Positions 30,068 through 40,900 of a stretch of DNA of 64,000 bases are shown here, one piece after another (positions within the stretch are counted from its first letter, which is position 1; each line of letters opens with the position of its first letter). Source of the stretch: an uncultured Acidobacteriota bacterium (GTDB taxonomy: Bacteria > Acidobacteriota > UBA6911 > RPQK01 > JAPXNP01). A model generated the notes under the pieces. It was not told where the DNA came from. It did not search any database and saw only the letters and a program-made list of their open reading frames with translations. A program made the position numbers and the translations under genes. Where the stretch lies: NCBI GenBank assembly GCA_963777605.1, contig CAVZRV010000007.1:704001-768000 (forward strand), given 5' to 3'.

Positions 30068-31096
30068 ATGAGAGCCGTGATCGTTTCTCTTGCCGTCTTC
30101 TCGTTACTCGTCCCGGCAGTCGTCGCCCAGGGAGCCGAGGCCTGCGGTGTGTGCCACTCAAAGATTCTCTCGGAGTGGCAATCTTCCCCCCACGCCAGGG
30201 CCTGGAGCAGTGAGCGATTCCAGTCGGAACTCCAGAAAACGAAAAACGGCGAATTCTGTGCCAATTGCCACGCGTCACTCTCGATCTGGGCCCAGGTCAA
30301 GATCGAGGGAGCGCCCGAGGGCACCGGCATACTTGAACCAAAAGCGGCCGGGCCGGTAGCCTACATCGCGGCCTTATCGGAGATCCCGTCGGCGCGGACC
30401 GACACCCTGGACGAAGGGGACAACTGCAACTCCTGCCACCTTGTCCAGGTCTTCAGCCCGGCGGGAAAACGTGAAGATTTCATGGGCCCCTACCATACCG
30501 CTGACGGACACACCGGGCGAGAGGCCGAGGAGTTCAAGACCCTTCGGGTCTGCGGAGCGTGCCATGGAAGGGCGGCGGACGACTATCTACCCGATGGAAC
30601 CGGCCTGGGAGCCGACTACTACCACGCCGGTGCGGAAGCAATTACGTTCCTCCGTCAAGGGGTAGACTGCAACGGGTGCCACATGCCCCGCCGTGAGGCC
30701 CGGCTCGTTCAACTCCGCACCTTCCGGAACCTGCCCCCCCGACAAGTCGGAAGTCACACATTTGCCGAAGCCCGTTACGACGGGCTGGCCAAGGCGCTGG
30801 AACTGGCCGCATCTGCGAACCAGCTTTCGGTCACCAACCGCGGCGTGGGACACCCGCTTCGGGTCTGCACCGATTCCCGCTTTCAGATCTCGATATCGGC
30901 CGTGCGAGGGAAAACCGAAATTGGGTCCCACCAGGTTCCCTTCCTCTCCGACCAGCGGTTGCTGCCCGGAGAGACGATCAGCGTCGATCTGCCGTTTGAG
31001 CTGCAGGCAGGGGATACGGTACGAGTCCAGCTCGGGCTCTTGAAGGAGGGGGCGGAACCTCAAACCGTCCTCGATCAGAAAATCAAGGCTGGCTAG
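30068..31096 (+). CDS. Exported pentaheme c-type cytochrome
   Basis: Signal peptide; five CxxCH motifs (CGVCH, CANCH, CNSCH, CGACH, CNGCH); WQSSPHARA; strong SD AAAGGAGG. Confidence 0.9.
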   Translation: MRAVIVSLAVFSLLVPAVVAQGAEACGVCHSKILSEWQSSPHARAWSSERFQSELQKTKNGEFCANCHASLSIWAQVKIEGAPEGTGILEPKAAGPVAYIAALSEIPSARTDTLDEGDNCNSCHLVQVFSPAGKREDFMGPYHTADGHTGREAEEFKTLRVCGACHGRAADDYLPDGTGLGADYYHAGAEAITFLRQGVDCNGCHMPRREARLVQLRTFRNLPPRQVGSHTFAEARYDGLAKALELAASANQLSVTNRGVGHPLRVCTDSRFQISISAVRGKTEIGSHQVPFLSDQRLLPGETISVDLPFELQAGDTVRVQLGLLKEGAEPQTVLDQKIKAG

Positions 31097-31158
31097 TGTC
31101 CGGTCACTCTACAAGCTCGTCAGCACGAGCTTGTAGAGTAGATGCAGGAGCTTGGCAG

Positions 31159-31917
31159 GTGATTGATTTAACCGGTCGCACAGCGATCATCACAGGGGGA
31201 TCCCGCGGAATCGGGAGAGCTGCATCAACGTTACTGGCAAAGGCAGGGGCGAATGTCGTAATCGGGTACAATTCGGATCATTCCGCGGCCCGCTCCATCC
31301 TGGAGGAATTGAGGGTCTCAGGACACCACGGAGCTCTTCACTGCGGTGACATTTCCGATCCGCAAGCGGTTCTTGGCCTGTTTGAGACAGCTCGACGTGA
31401 ATTCGGCAAGATCGACATTGTCGTCGGCAATGCCGGCATCTGGAAGCGCAGCCCGATCGACGAGATGACGGAGCAAGATTGGCATGAGACCGTCAACACG
31501 AACCTCAGCTCAATCTACCTGACCTGCCGTGAAGCGGCCCGCGAGATGAAACCTCGACGATCGGGAAATGTCATTCTGATCAGCTCAACCGCCGGGCAAC
31601 GGGGAGAGCCCTATTACTCGCACTATGCTGCGACCAAGGGCGCAATCATCTCCATGACCAAGTCGCTCGCCGCCGAACTGGGACCCTGGAACATCCGCGT
31701 CAATGCCGTCGCACCTGGATGGGTGACGACCGACATGTGCCGTGACGTGATGTCCGAACCGGAACGCCGTGAGTCCATCGGAAAACAGATCCCGCTGGGC
31801 AGAATAGCCTCTGCCATGGACATAGCCGGACCGATCCTCTTTCTGGCTTCCGATCTCGCCGCGCACGTTCATGGCGAGATCCTGAATGTCAACGGGGGCT
31901 CGGTCCTCTGCGGTTGA
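31159..31917 (+). CDS. Short-chain dehydrogenase/reductase (FabG-like)
   Basis: TGGSRGIG, GNAGI, YAATK, RVNAVAPG, VNGG. Start at GTG 31159 after AGGAG. Confidence 0.93.
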   Translation: MIDLTGRTAIITGGSRGIGRAASTLLAKAGANVVIGYNSDHSAARSILEELRVSGHHGALHCGDISDPQAVLGLFETARREFGKIDIVVGNAGIWKRSPIDEMTEQDWHETVNTNLSSIYLTCREAAREMKPRRSGNVILISSTAGQRGEPYYSHYAATKGAIISMTKSLAAELGPWNIRVNAVAPGWVTTDMCRDVMSEPERRESIGKQIPLGRIASAMDIAGPILFLASDLAAHVHGEILNVNGGSVLCG

Positions 31918-31940
31918 GCTCTCTGAACGGCCGTCTCAGG

Positions 31941-32471
31941 TCAAAATGTGAACAGAATTCCGCCAGAGAACTCCTGTTCGGTCACGGTCCGGCTCTCAAC
32001 GCCGTGGATGCCGACCCTTCGATAATCGACCCTGAAGCCCGCCGGCCCGGCCAGATTTCGGAACTTCACACCAAATCCCCAGTTGGTCAGAAAAGCGGTC
32101 CCAATGTCAGGATAGGTACCGCCAAACCGGTGCAGCACTCCCACCCCAACAGCAAGGTTCGGGACCACGCGGTCGACCGGGAAGTTGAGGACCAGGTTCC
32201 CGGTGTAGTAAAGGCCTGTCTCCCCGCCGCTTCCTCTAGGGGACAGGGTGTCCCCCGAAACCAGGACACTGTTTTCGAACCCGACGATGAAGAAGAAGTC
32301 CTTTTCATAGCGGGCTCCGAACAAGCCGGATCGCTTGAAGTTCGTTTCGGCTCCTGGATTCTCCAGGTCGGAATAGCTCCCTCTTCCGGCCACGGCCGAA
32401 AGATCGGAAGCAGCCAGGCTGGCGGACTGCACAAGCAATATTGTCAGAGCGAGTAACCAGATTCGGTTCAC
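31941..32471 (-). CDS. Small outer-membrane beta-barrel protein
   Basis: Signal peptide, alternating Gly/aromatic beta strands, C-terminal Phe (GGILFTF). Confidence 0.78.
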   Translation of the reverse strand: MNRIWLLALTILLVQSASLAASDLSAVAGRGSYSDLENPGAETNFKRSGLFGARYEKDFFFIVGFENSVLVSGDTLSPRGSGGETGLYYTGNLVLNFPVDRVVPNLAVGVGVLHRFGGTYPDIGTAFLTNWGFGVKFRNLAGPAGFRVDYRRVGIHGVESRTVTEQEFSGGILFTF

Positions 32472-33229
32472 AAGAAGACTCCATGAATTGCGAGGAAGCG
32501 ACGAAATTGATCGTTCGCGGCCAACCGCTGAAAAGCCGGTTCTGCCTTGACACGATCAAAATCTGAGAATCCTCCACCGAAGGCTCTGCTCAAATAGCGG
32601 ACGGTGTAGCTGAGGTTTCCGAGTTTGGCGAACACTACCGCAAGGTTGTAGTACTGTTCGGGCGAAAGGTCTGATTCGGAGGAATAAGTCAACTCGACCA
32701 TGTTCTTCTGTTCGAAGATGTGCGGATCGAGAGACAGGGCCTTTCGGTAAGCCTCCATGGCTTCCGAAGCTCGCCCCAACTGAACCAGGCTGAACCCGTA
32801 GTTGATGTAGAAATTGGGCACACCGGGCATGATATCGATCGCTTTTGCAAAGGCGCCTGCTGCTGCCGACGAGTCACTGAAGGCCAGGTCGATAATTCCC
32901 TTGGTGTTGTAACCGTACGCATACTTTCGTTTCAGGGCCAGGGCGCGATCCACCGCAGCGCGCGCCTGGCTCAGCATCCGGAGACGAACATAAGTAATTG
33001 CCAACTTGTTGAAAATGACCTCGTAATAGGGATTAAGTTCGCTGGCTTCGAGATACTTGAGCATGGCCAGGTGATCCTTTCCCTCCTGGAGCAACAGGTC
33101 TCCCTCGCCAAGGAGTCGGAAGCTCTGAATCTCGCGTTCCCGGGGAATAGGATGCTTCTGAATAGACCTAGGCCCGCATGAAATCGTCAAGAGTGAGATC
33201 ATAAGCATGACCGGAGTTCGAAGGTGCAT
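32468..33229 (-). CDS. TPR-repeat lipoprotein
   Basis: Lipobox TISC; TPR units (AYGYNTKG, FYINYGFSLVQLGRASEAMEAYRKALSLDP, YYNLAVVFA). Confidence 0.85.
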   Translation of the reverse strand: MHLRTPVMLMISLLTISCGPRSIQKHPIPREREIQSFRLLGEGDLLLQEGKDHLAMLKYLEASELNPYYEVIFNKLAITYVRLRMLSQARAAVDRALALKRKYAYGYNTKGIIDLAFSDSSAAAGAFAKAIDIMPGVPNFYINYGFSLVQLGRASEAMEAYRKALSLDPHIFEQKNMVELTYSSESDLSPEQYYNLAVVFAKLGNLSYTVRYLSRAFGGGFSDFDRVKAEPAFQRLAANDQFRRFLAIHGVFL

Positions 33230-33323
33230 GCCAGCTCCAGTTTAACACGGGCACTGCAATGGTTTACTCCGGAAGATTTCCTGTTAGAATGCGATTTTGA
33301 AAACGTTGAAAATGGGGAGGACC

Positions 33324-33905
33324 GTGGAGTCATTAGAAACAGTTGATGCGGTACTCAGCGACATAATCGACGAGTGGTACAACAAGGTATCCAGCTTTTA
33401 CCTGACCGCACAGAAAATCGCTGAAAGCTCGAATTCAGATCAGGAAGAGGAACTCAAGCGGTTCCACGACAAGAACGGGCACAGAATCAAGTTCAGCAAG
33501 GATGAACTGGATTTCACCTATGGCTTGCGCGCGGTCCAGGAGGACGGCAACCTGGCCATAGAGGTGAGCGTCAACAACAAAGTGAAGAACTTCGACATCG
33601 ACGAGTTCCGTCGCCGGTTGGAGGCTCACTACCGAAAGGCCGAGAACGAACTCGCTCCGGCGCCAACCGAACTGACGGGTTACTCCTACGGGGAGATCTT
33701 CGTCATCGGTACCGATTTTTCTGAAGCTTTGACGCTCGAAATCCGAGAGGGAAAGGCCGACATCATGCGTCTGGCCTTCAACCTGAACTCAGAACTCCTT
33801 GGCGATCTGTTGGCCGACCCGGGAGCCTCGCGGCAGTTGGTCGAGAACTTCTGTGTGACCCCGTTTCGGAGCATTTATGCCTCCGTCTATCGCCGGGGTG
33901 GATAG
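33324..33905 (+). CDS. Hypothetical cytoplasmic protein
   Basis: Long ORF with normal protein composition; GTG 33324 follows GGGAGG; extended -10 TGTTAGAAT at 33282-33290. Family not recognised. Confidence 0.7.
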   Translation: MESLETVDAVLSDIIDEWYNKVSSFYLTAQKIAESSNSDQEEELKRFHDKNGHRIKFSKDELDFTYGLRAVQEDGNLAIEVSVNNKVKNFDIDEFRRRLEAHYRKAENELAPAPTELTGYSYGEIFVIGTDFSEALTLEIREGKADIMRLAFNLNSELLGDLLADPGASRQLVENFCVTPFRSIYASVYRRGG

Positions 33906-33938
33906 GCCGAGATTGGACTCCGGAACTCTTGTCGGGAA

Positions 33939-34709
33939 ATGACAACTGACCGGGCGTTAGTCTGCGTTCTTGCTGACCGTCTGGCCCAGGCGACGAAAAC
34001 CCTTGTGTTCACCGGCGCCGGCATTTCTACCGGATCAGGCATCCCCGATTTCCGGGGCCCCAAGGGACTCTGGCAAACTTGGAAGCCCGTCTACTTTCAG
34101 GAATTCCAGTCCTCCGAAGAAGCGCGCATCCGGCACTGGGAGTTCAAGCTCGCCGGCTGGCACGGCTTTCGTGATGCCCGCCCGAACGCAGCCCATTTGG
34201 CGTTGGTCGATCTCGAACGCAGGGGAATGCTTCACGTCGTAGTGACGCAGAATATCGACGGCCTTCACACCTCGGCAGGTCAGTCGGCGTCGATCCTCAT
34301 CGAACTGCACGGCACCAACCTCGCCGTGGAGTGCCTCTCGTGCGGCCGCCGCTCAGATCCGGATCCACACTTTCAGGAATTTGAACGTAGCCACAAAACA
34401 CCGCTTTGCACGAAGTGTGGAGGCTACCTGAAACCAGCCACGGTTTCCTTTGGACAGCAGATGCCGATGGACAAGCTGCAGAGGGCCTTCCGGGAGGCGG
34501 AAGAGTCCGACCTTGTCATTGCCATCGGCTCCACGCTCGAAGTTGAACCCGCGGCCTCGGTGCCCTTGGCGGGGAGGAGTTCCGGCGCCTTCTACGCGAT
34601 CGTAAACCTCGGCAAAACGGCTCACGACCGGTTCGCGGACCTGCGCATAGAAGGCGACGCGACTGAGGTACTCCCCCAGGTCGTCAACGAGCTTTCCACT
34701 CGGGATTGA
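33939..34709 (+). CDS. cobB: NAD-dependent protein deacylase (sirtuin, CobB-like)
   Basis: TGAGISTGSGIPDFRG, TQNIDGLH, ELHG, CxxC...CxxC zinc ribbon, GSTLEVEPAA. Confidence 0.93.
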   Translation: MTTDRALVCVLADRLAQATKTLVFTGAGISTGSGIPDFRGPKGLWQTWKPVYFQEFQSSEEARIRHWEFKLAGWHGFRDARPNAAHLALVDLERRGMLHVVVTQNIDGLHTSAGQSASILIELHGTNLAVECLSCGRRSDPDPHFQEFERSHKTPLCTKCGGYLKPATVSFGQQMPMDKLQRAFREAEESDLVIAIGSTLEVEPAASVPLAGRSSGAFYAIVNLGKTAHDRFADLRIEGDATEVLPQVVNELSTRD

Positions 34710-34725
34710 CCGGAATTGACCGGCG

Positions 34726-35573
34726 TCAGTGCACAAGCGGGGGTCGAACGCTGGTCACGAACCCGACCACCTTCTGCATGTAGCGCTGACTGTCTACCAT
34801 GTGAATGTCGATGTGTCCGGCTCCCGGGGACGGTCCAGAATTCTTTGGGCCCCGAAACTGATTGTATAGGATCTGGCCCTGCCGGAGAGGCACGGTGCGG
34901 TCCTTGTCGCCGTGCAGGATCAGAACCGGGAATTGATGGTCGTCGAGAAAGCGGGCCGTTTCCAGCCGGTAACGCGCAAAAAGGCTGAATCGGCGGAGTT
35001 GCGGGTACTCTTCCGATCAGCGAAGCCTTGCTGGGAAATGTGGTTTCCAGTATGAGCCCGTTGGGAGGCAGTTGCTTCGACGCAAACGAAGCAATGCAGC
35101 CACCCAGTGACCGCCCCCAATAGACCACCGGAACCCGGAACTTCTTGAAGTTGGTTTCGAAGTACTCGACCGTAGCGACGGCATCCTCATACACTCCCTG
35201 TTCGCTGGGAGCGCCGGTGCTCCAGCCATATCCTCGGTAATCAACCGCCAGGACCTGGAGCCCGTTCCGATAGAACATGGCCAGCAACTCGCTCAGGATT
35301 CCCAGGTTGCCCGTGCTGCCGTGAAAGTAGATGACGCTGCCCACCGGGTGCTCGGGGCAAAGATGCCACGCAGCCAGCCGACACCCGTCCTTCGTATCAA
35401 TAAAGCACTGCTCGTAAGGGAATCCCGCTGTCCGCCGGGGTCTTCAGCACGTCCTTGGACGGACGAAAAACGTATAGCCTTTCCAGCCGGGGGATCGTGA
35501 ACCAGAGAATGACGAACGCAGCGACAACGGCTCCCAGCGGGATCCCCGCCAAGACTCCGATCAGGAACCACAT
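34726..35573 (-). pseudogene. Membrane-anchored alpha/beta hydrolase with four frameshifts (probably assembly errors)
   Basis: Manual reconstruction MWFLIGVLAG...LYVFRP...YFHG...DYRGYG...GRSLG...LILHGDKD...GAGH...PLVH*; shifts near 35416, 35014, 34855 and 34823. Confidence 0.8.
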
Positions 35574-35585
35574 GGGAGCAAGATA

Positions 35586-36261
35586 TTAACACACAGCGGG
35601 ATCCCAGAGAGCTGCCAGCTCCCGGCAGCTCAGGCCCTTGAAATCGCTCACAATCCGGTCGGGTGCGAGGGCCTCGAGTTGGGCCCGGTCGTGGGTGGTA
35701 GTCAGGGCGACACACTTGGATCCCGCAGCCAGCGCGGCCTTCACGCCGGAAAGTGAATCTTCGAAGACCACGGCCGCCGAGGCCGGCATTTCGAGCGCTT
35801 CTGCCGCCTTGAGAAAAGCTTCCGGGTGGGGCTTTCCTTGTCTTGACCTGACGGCTCGTAATCACGGCGGAGAAGTACTTCCCCAGGCCGAGTTCCGCCA
35901 TCACCATCTCGGCATTCTCAGGTGGCCCGCTGGTCGCAACGGCCATCCGGATCGACGACGCCCTCAAATCGCCAAGCAGGGTCAGCAGGCCAGGGACCAG
36001 GTGGCTAGCCAAGGTCGGGCGGATCAACTCCCGGTAGATCGACTCCTTGCGATCCTCGAACCGCACCACCTCTTCGGACGACAGCTCTCGCCCCAGCAAC
36101 GAGGGAAACATGTCCTCGTTCTTGCGCCCAAAAACCCGGTACACGTCCGCGCGAGTCAGGTGCCTGCCCTGTTCCTCGCCAAATCTCCGAAAAGCTTCCA
36201 GGTGGAACTCCACGTTGTCGAGCAGCACTCCGTCCATGTCGAAAATCGCACCCTGCATCAT
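35586..36261 (-). pseudogene. HAD-superfamily phosphatase (beta-PGM/CbbY-like), one frameshift near 35843
   Basis: FDMDGVL motif I and ATS motif II; removing one base restores GKPHPEAFLKAA and joins VVFEDSLSGVKAALAAG (ORF 35586..35789). Confidence 0.85.
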
Positions 36262-37061
36262 CCGATTGACTCCTCGGCCATTCCATTGAGTTCGATCCAT
36301 CCTGCGATTATCCGAGCAAGACTCGCGACCTCTTCCCTGGTCGTGTCGAGCAGGTGCCCGGCTCCGGGAAGTGCCCAAAATGCCTTCGGCTGGCGGGCTG
36401 CGACGAAAAATTGTTCGGCGTCACCAATAGGAATCACACTGTCGGCCGTACCGTGAACGAGAAGAAGAGCCTTGTCCCACGAGGACGAAGTCTCGAGCAG
36501 ATCGTGGGAGTCCAGGTCCTGCATGAACTCCAGGGTCAGAGGGTAGATTCGATCATTGATCACCACACCCGTTTCCCCGTCCCTTTCCAGTACGTTCATG
36601 TCGGCCGGACGAAGCAGCTGACGAATCCGCCACCCGACCCGGTGTGAAGTCCCCAGTGTGACCACGCTTCGGACATTTTGAAGTTGCGCCGCAGCCTGGA
36701 CAGCGGCTGCCCCACCCATCGAATGACCAATCAACGTGATGGGAGGAACACCCTGCTCTTCCATCCAGGAAGCTGCAGCGACAACGTCGAGCACGTCGGT
36801 CGTAAGAGTTGTCTCACGGAAACTGCCCCCACTCTTGCCCAACCCGGCAAAATCAAACCTGAGGACCGCGAAACCAAACTCGGAAAGGCTCCGGGACATC
36901 CAGGAAAGAACCTTGTAGTCCTTGTTGCAGGTGAAACAGTGACAGATCACCACTCCGCCCAGGACCGGAGGACGTCCGGCCTGATAGAGTCCGCTGAGTC
37001 CAATCTCGTCGTGACCGGGAAAAATCACCCGTCGCGGCCGATCCAGCTTTCGTTCGGTCAT
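36258..37061 (-). CDS. Alpha/beta hydrolase (type often fused to OsmC)
   Basis: HCFTCNKD, LRFDFAGLGKSGG, GHSMGG, HGTAD, GAGHLL. Start at ATG 37061. Confidence 0.88.
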   Translation of the reverse strand: MTERKLDRPRRVIFPGHDEIGLSGLYQAGRPPVLGGVVICHCFTCNKDYKVLSWMSRSLSEFGFAVLRFDFAGLGKSGGSFRETTLTTDVLDVVAAASWMEEQGVPPITLIGHSMGGAAAVQAAAQLQNVRSVVTLGTSHRVGWRIRQLLRPADMNVLERDGETGVVINDRIYPLTLEFMQDLDSHDLLETSSSWDKALLLVHGTADSVIPIGDAEQFFVAARQPKAFWALPGAGHLLDTTREEVASLARIIAGWIELNGMAEESIG

Positions 37062-37122
37062 TCTGTTGTGCCCTCGCTGCGCCGACAACCACCCATCCTC
37101 GTGGATATCGACTTCCGAGTCT

Positions 37123-37766
37123 ATCAGTAACGCGGACAAGGCTCACCGGAGGGAAGCCGGCACCTCTTCCCATCGAGGCCAAGGTCCGGTTCCAGCTGGT
37201 TCAGGAGGCCTTCCACCTCGCAAAGTGGAAGTCCGACGATATTGCTGTAGCATCCGGTGAATGCCGGCTACCAGCCCTCTCCCCAGGCCTTGAATCGCGT
37301 AAGAGCCCGCCTTGTCCAGCGGCTCACCAGTCTGGACATAATCGTAAATGGCCGCATCCTCAAAGTTGGCCATTTCGACTTCCGAGACTACAACGGACGA
37401 GGCTGTGCGAACAGAATCCCCCGCATCGACCAGGAAAAGGCCGGTGATCACCTGGTGCCGTCTGCCCCGAAGCCGGGCCAACATCCGGATGGCATCAGCC
37501 GAATCGAGCGGTTTTCCCAGGACGCTGCCTTCGAAACCGATAACGGTATCCGCAGCAAGAACAATTCCCCGATCGACAGAATCCGCAACTTCGATTCCCT
37601 TGGCACGAGCCAGGACCAGGGCCGTATCCGGGGGAGACTCAGCGACGAAACCACCTTCGTCAACCTGACTCGGCACGATGGAAAACCTGGACAGAAGGCG
37701 ACCCAGTAGCTCTCGTCGCCGGGGCGAAGCCGAAGCCAGGATGATCTCGGAGGTGGAACTGTTCAC
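37123..37766 (-). CDS. maf: Maf family nucleoside triphosphate pyrophosphatase, one frameshift near 37256
   Basis: ILASASPRRRELL, AADT, GKP, DKAGSYAIQG; removing one C restores GCYSNIVGLPL and a stop at 37123. Confidence 0.88.
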
Positions 37767-37905
37767 GGCATTCGAGTGTAACCGAAACCGCCTCCGACGG
37801 TAGAATCAGGGGGTTGCCGTTTCCAAGCACAAGTCCCTGGAGGCACCGGCCCGCCGGAGTCACGGTATCAGGGCATAATGCTAGTGGTTCGCTCTAAACG
37901 AAATC

Positions 37906-40900
37906 ATGTCGCTTCGAATCGTTCGCTCTCCGTCATTTCGTGACCTTCTCACCCGGCTGATTGCTGATGTGCAGGCGGAGTGCAGGCGCGCCCCGTTCGA
38001 CCCGAAGTGGGTACTGACGCCGACATCGGTGGTGGCAACCCAGGTTCGAACAGCGTTCGCGACGGCCTCTGACTCTCCGCAAATGGGGATCCGCGTTGCG
38101 CCCCTTTCCCAGCTTGTCCATCGGCTTTACCGGGAAAAGACCCAAGTCCCCCCGGTTCGTTGGGACCCGTTCCTGGACACCCTGCTCTCCAGTTTTGTCG
38201 CGGCTGCACAAAAGGACGATGCCTTTCCCGGGCTCTTGATCGAGAACGACGGTCACTCGTTGCTGCTTCCGACCTTCCTTGACCTGGCCGAAGCCGGATT
38301 CGGCCCGGAACAGTCCGAATTGCTTCGAGAATTTGCTGGAGAGAGGGACCTGGAAGACCGGGCCAAGGCCACACTGCTGCTCTACCTGAATTGGATCCAG
38401 ACGCTGGATGATCTCGACTATCCCTGGCTTCCCCGGCTTCAGCTGCACATGACCCGGCGGCTCAAGGAAATGCCCCGCCGAGCGGTGCTGCGAGCGTTGG
38501 CAGCCGAACAGGAGCAGGAAGCGACTATATTCCTGTTCGGTTTTTACGACTTCACAGACCTCAACCTCGAAACGGTTGCGGCACTCTCCAGCCAAGTCCC
38601 GGTCAACCTCCTGGTGCCCGGCCTGGAAAAGCAGGGAATCCAGCCCGGTTCTCCCTATCACCTGACCCAGGAACTGGTCGAAGATCTGAGCGTGAGGGTC
38701 ACTTCAGCCACCCACGAATGGCATCTCCCGAGCGATCCCTGCACCCGCTTTTTCCTGGACACATTCCCGGAAGGCGTCCTCGGAGAACAACCCGACTTTC
38801 TTTCCTTCCAAAAGGTTTACGGGATGCATTCCGAGGCTCTGGCAGCCGCAGTGCGGGCACGCCGGTGGCTTGACCAGGTTCCCGACCTGAATTCCGAAGA
38901 GATTCTTATCGTGGTTCCGGACACCAGCACCTATTACTCCCACCTCAGGATCGCGTTCGAACAGTTCCGGCTGCCGCTCGACTTTCCGGACCTGGAACTC
39001 GAGACGTCGCCCGGGCTCACGGCACTGGGCGGATTGACTCAGTTGCTCGCCACGGGTGCCGCAACCGAGTGGCTCTTCGATTACTGTCGCGAATTCCCCG
39101 AAGTTGCGCACAAACTCCTGGCTCACCCCGAAAGTTTCGAACGGAAACTGCGGAAGATCTCATTTCCCGGCGGTCCAGCGGCATGGACCGGACTCTGGGA
39201 TCAAATCCAGTCTGATCGCGCGCATATCGAAGCCGCCCTGGGCACGCTGTCCGATGACGAGATCAGGTTCATCCGGGAAGTGATTGAACTCTGGCTGGAC
39301 GAAGGACGTCCAAACTCCTCCCTGAGCGCAGAAGCGGCCTGCGCCTGGTTGGGCAAAATCTCCCGGTGGCTGCCCGATCCATCATTGCTGGCAGAAGTCA
39401 TCGAATCGGTCAAAGAAATCGCTGAGGGCGCCGGCGACCGACATTTCAACCGCCAGGCCCTGCTCCGGCTTGCCCTGCGTACGACTGCACCTGATTCGGC
39501 ACCCTCTTCCCCCGACCTTCCGTCAATCCGGGCCCTCAGCTACATGAAGGCTCGGGGACTCTCGTGCCGCGGGCTGATTTTCCTGGGACTCAGTTCCGTC
39601 AACTTTCCACGTCTCGTTGAAGAGGACTCGCTTCTGCCCGATGCCATCCGCCGTCAAATCGCCTCGAGGGCGCAGGCGCTCGGCCATCGACTGCCGATTA
39701 AATCGCGAGTGTCCGAGGAGATGACACTCCTCTTTTCGGTCCTGAACACCAGCGCCGAATTCGTCCACTGGGTGATCCCCGAATCAGACGAGAACGGCCG
39801 GGCCGTGGCCCCGTCCCCGTATGTCCTGCGCTACCTTAATCGCTGGGCAGGCCAGGAGTTTGCCCGGCCATTCTCGAGACGGGTGCCCCGGAGCCCGCTC
39901 CAACAGGCAGAGTGGCTGTCCTCGCTCGATCCGTCGAAGGGCTCCTATATTCCTCCTGAGACGCTTGCGTGGTGGCTGCAAGCCACGAGTCCGACCAATT
40001 CAAGATCGATCCCGGAACCGACGGTCAGCCTCCCCGTGGACGAACCGGATCCCGAACGTCAGGGCTGGATTCCGGGAGCCCAGTTGAGGTCCGGGGAGAA
40101 GCCTCTCAGCCTCAGTGTCACTTCGCTGGAAACGCTTGCCAGGTGCCCGTTCCGCTTCTGGGGAGAGCGGATAGCCCGACTCGAGCCGCTTCCACTGGCA
40201 TCCTGGACAGGCACGATTACCCCTCTCGAACGGGGGAGCCTGGTACACGCGTCACTGGCGGCCCTGGTTCAAAGCCACCCCGGAGCGTCGATCCAGTCGA
40301 TAGCCCAAAAGGCAGCCGCCAGGGGCGCCATTGAGTCGAGTCTCCAGTGCCTCCCTCCCGAATACCTTCGGCTCTCGCTTCTCCCTGAATCGATCCGACG
40401 GGCTCTCCTGCGCGACATCGCGGAAATCGTCGCCAGTTACCTGACTGCGCTCGCCGACGGAACTTGCCGTGACGGCATTCCCCGGGCTGCCGAATGCCGC
40501 CTCACGACGGACATCCCATCGCTGCCGGGATGCGCACTCGTTGGCGTGGTTGACCGGATTGACGTGGCTCAAGGCAAAGCCTGGGTCGTCGACTACAAGA
40601 CCTCCAAGTCACCCTTCCGAAAACGAGAGCGGCCTGAAGAGGCTGAAGCGGTTGCGTGCGGCTTTCTCCTCCAACCCTCCCTCTACCCCTGGCTGGTGGA
40701 GAATTCACTGAAGCATCCCGTGGAAGGCTTCTCCTATGTCTACCTGGGGGATCCACCCCCCGTCGAGGTGCACTTCGACGAAATCCCCCCGGCGGATGAA
40801 CTCTTCCGGCAGTTCAAACCGATCCTCGAAAACCGATTGTTCGTGCCGACACCCAATGAGTTCTACGCCGCGATTGAACGGGACAACCTTCAGTCCTGTC

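Noticed and set aside
33939-34709. Sirtuin as an anti-phage SIR2 effector
   Set aside because: It is a compact CobB-type deacylase with a zinc ribbon and no fused or adjacent defence domains.
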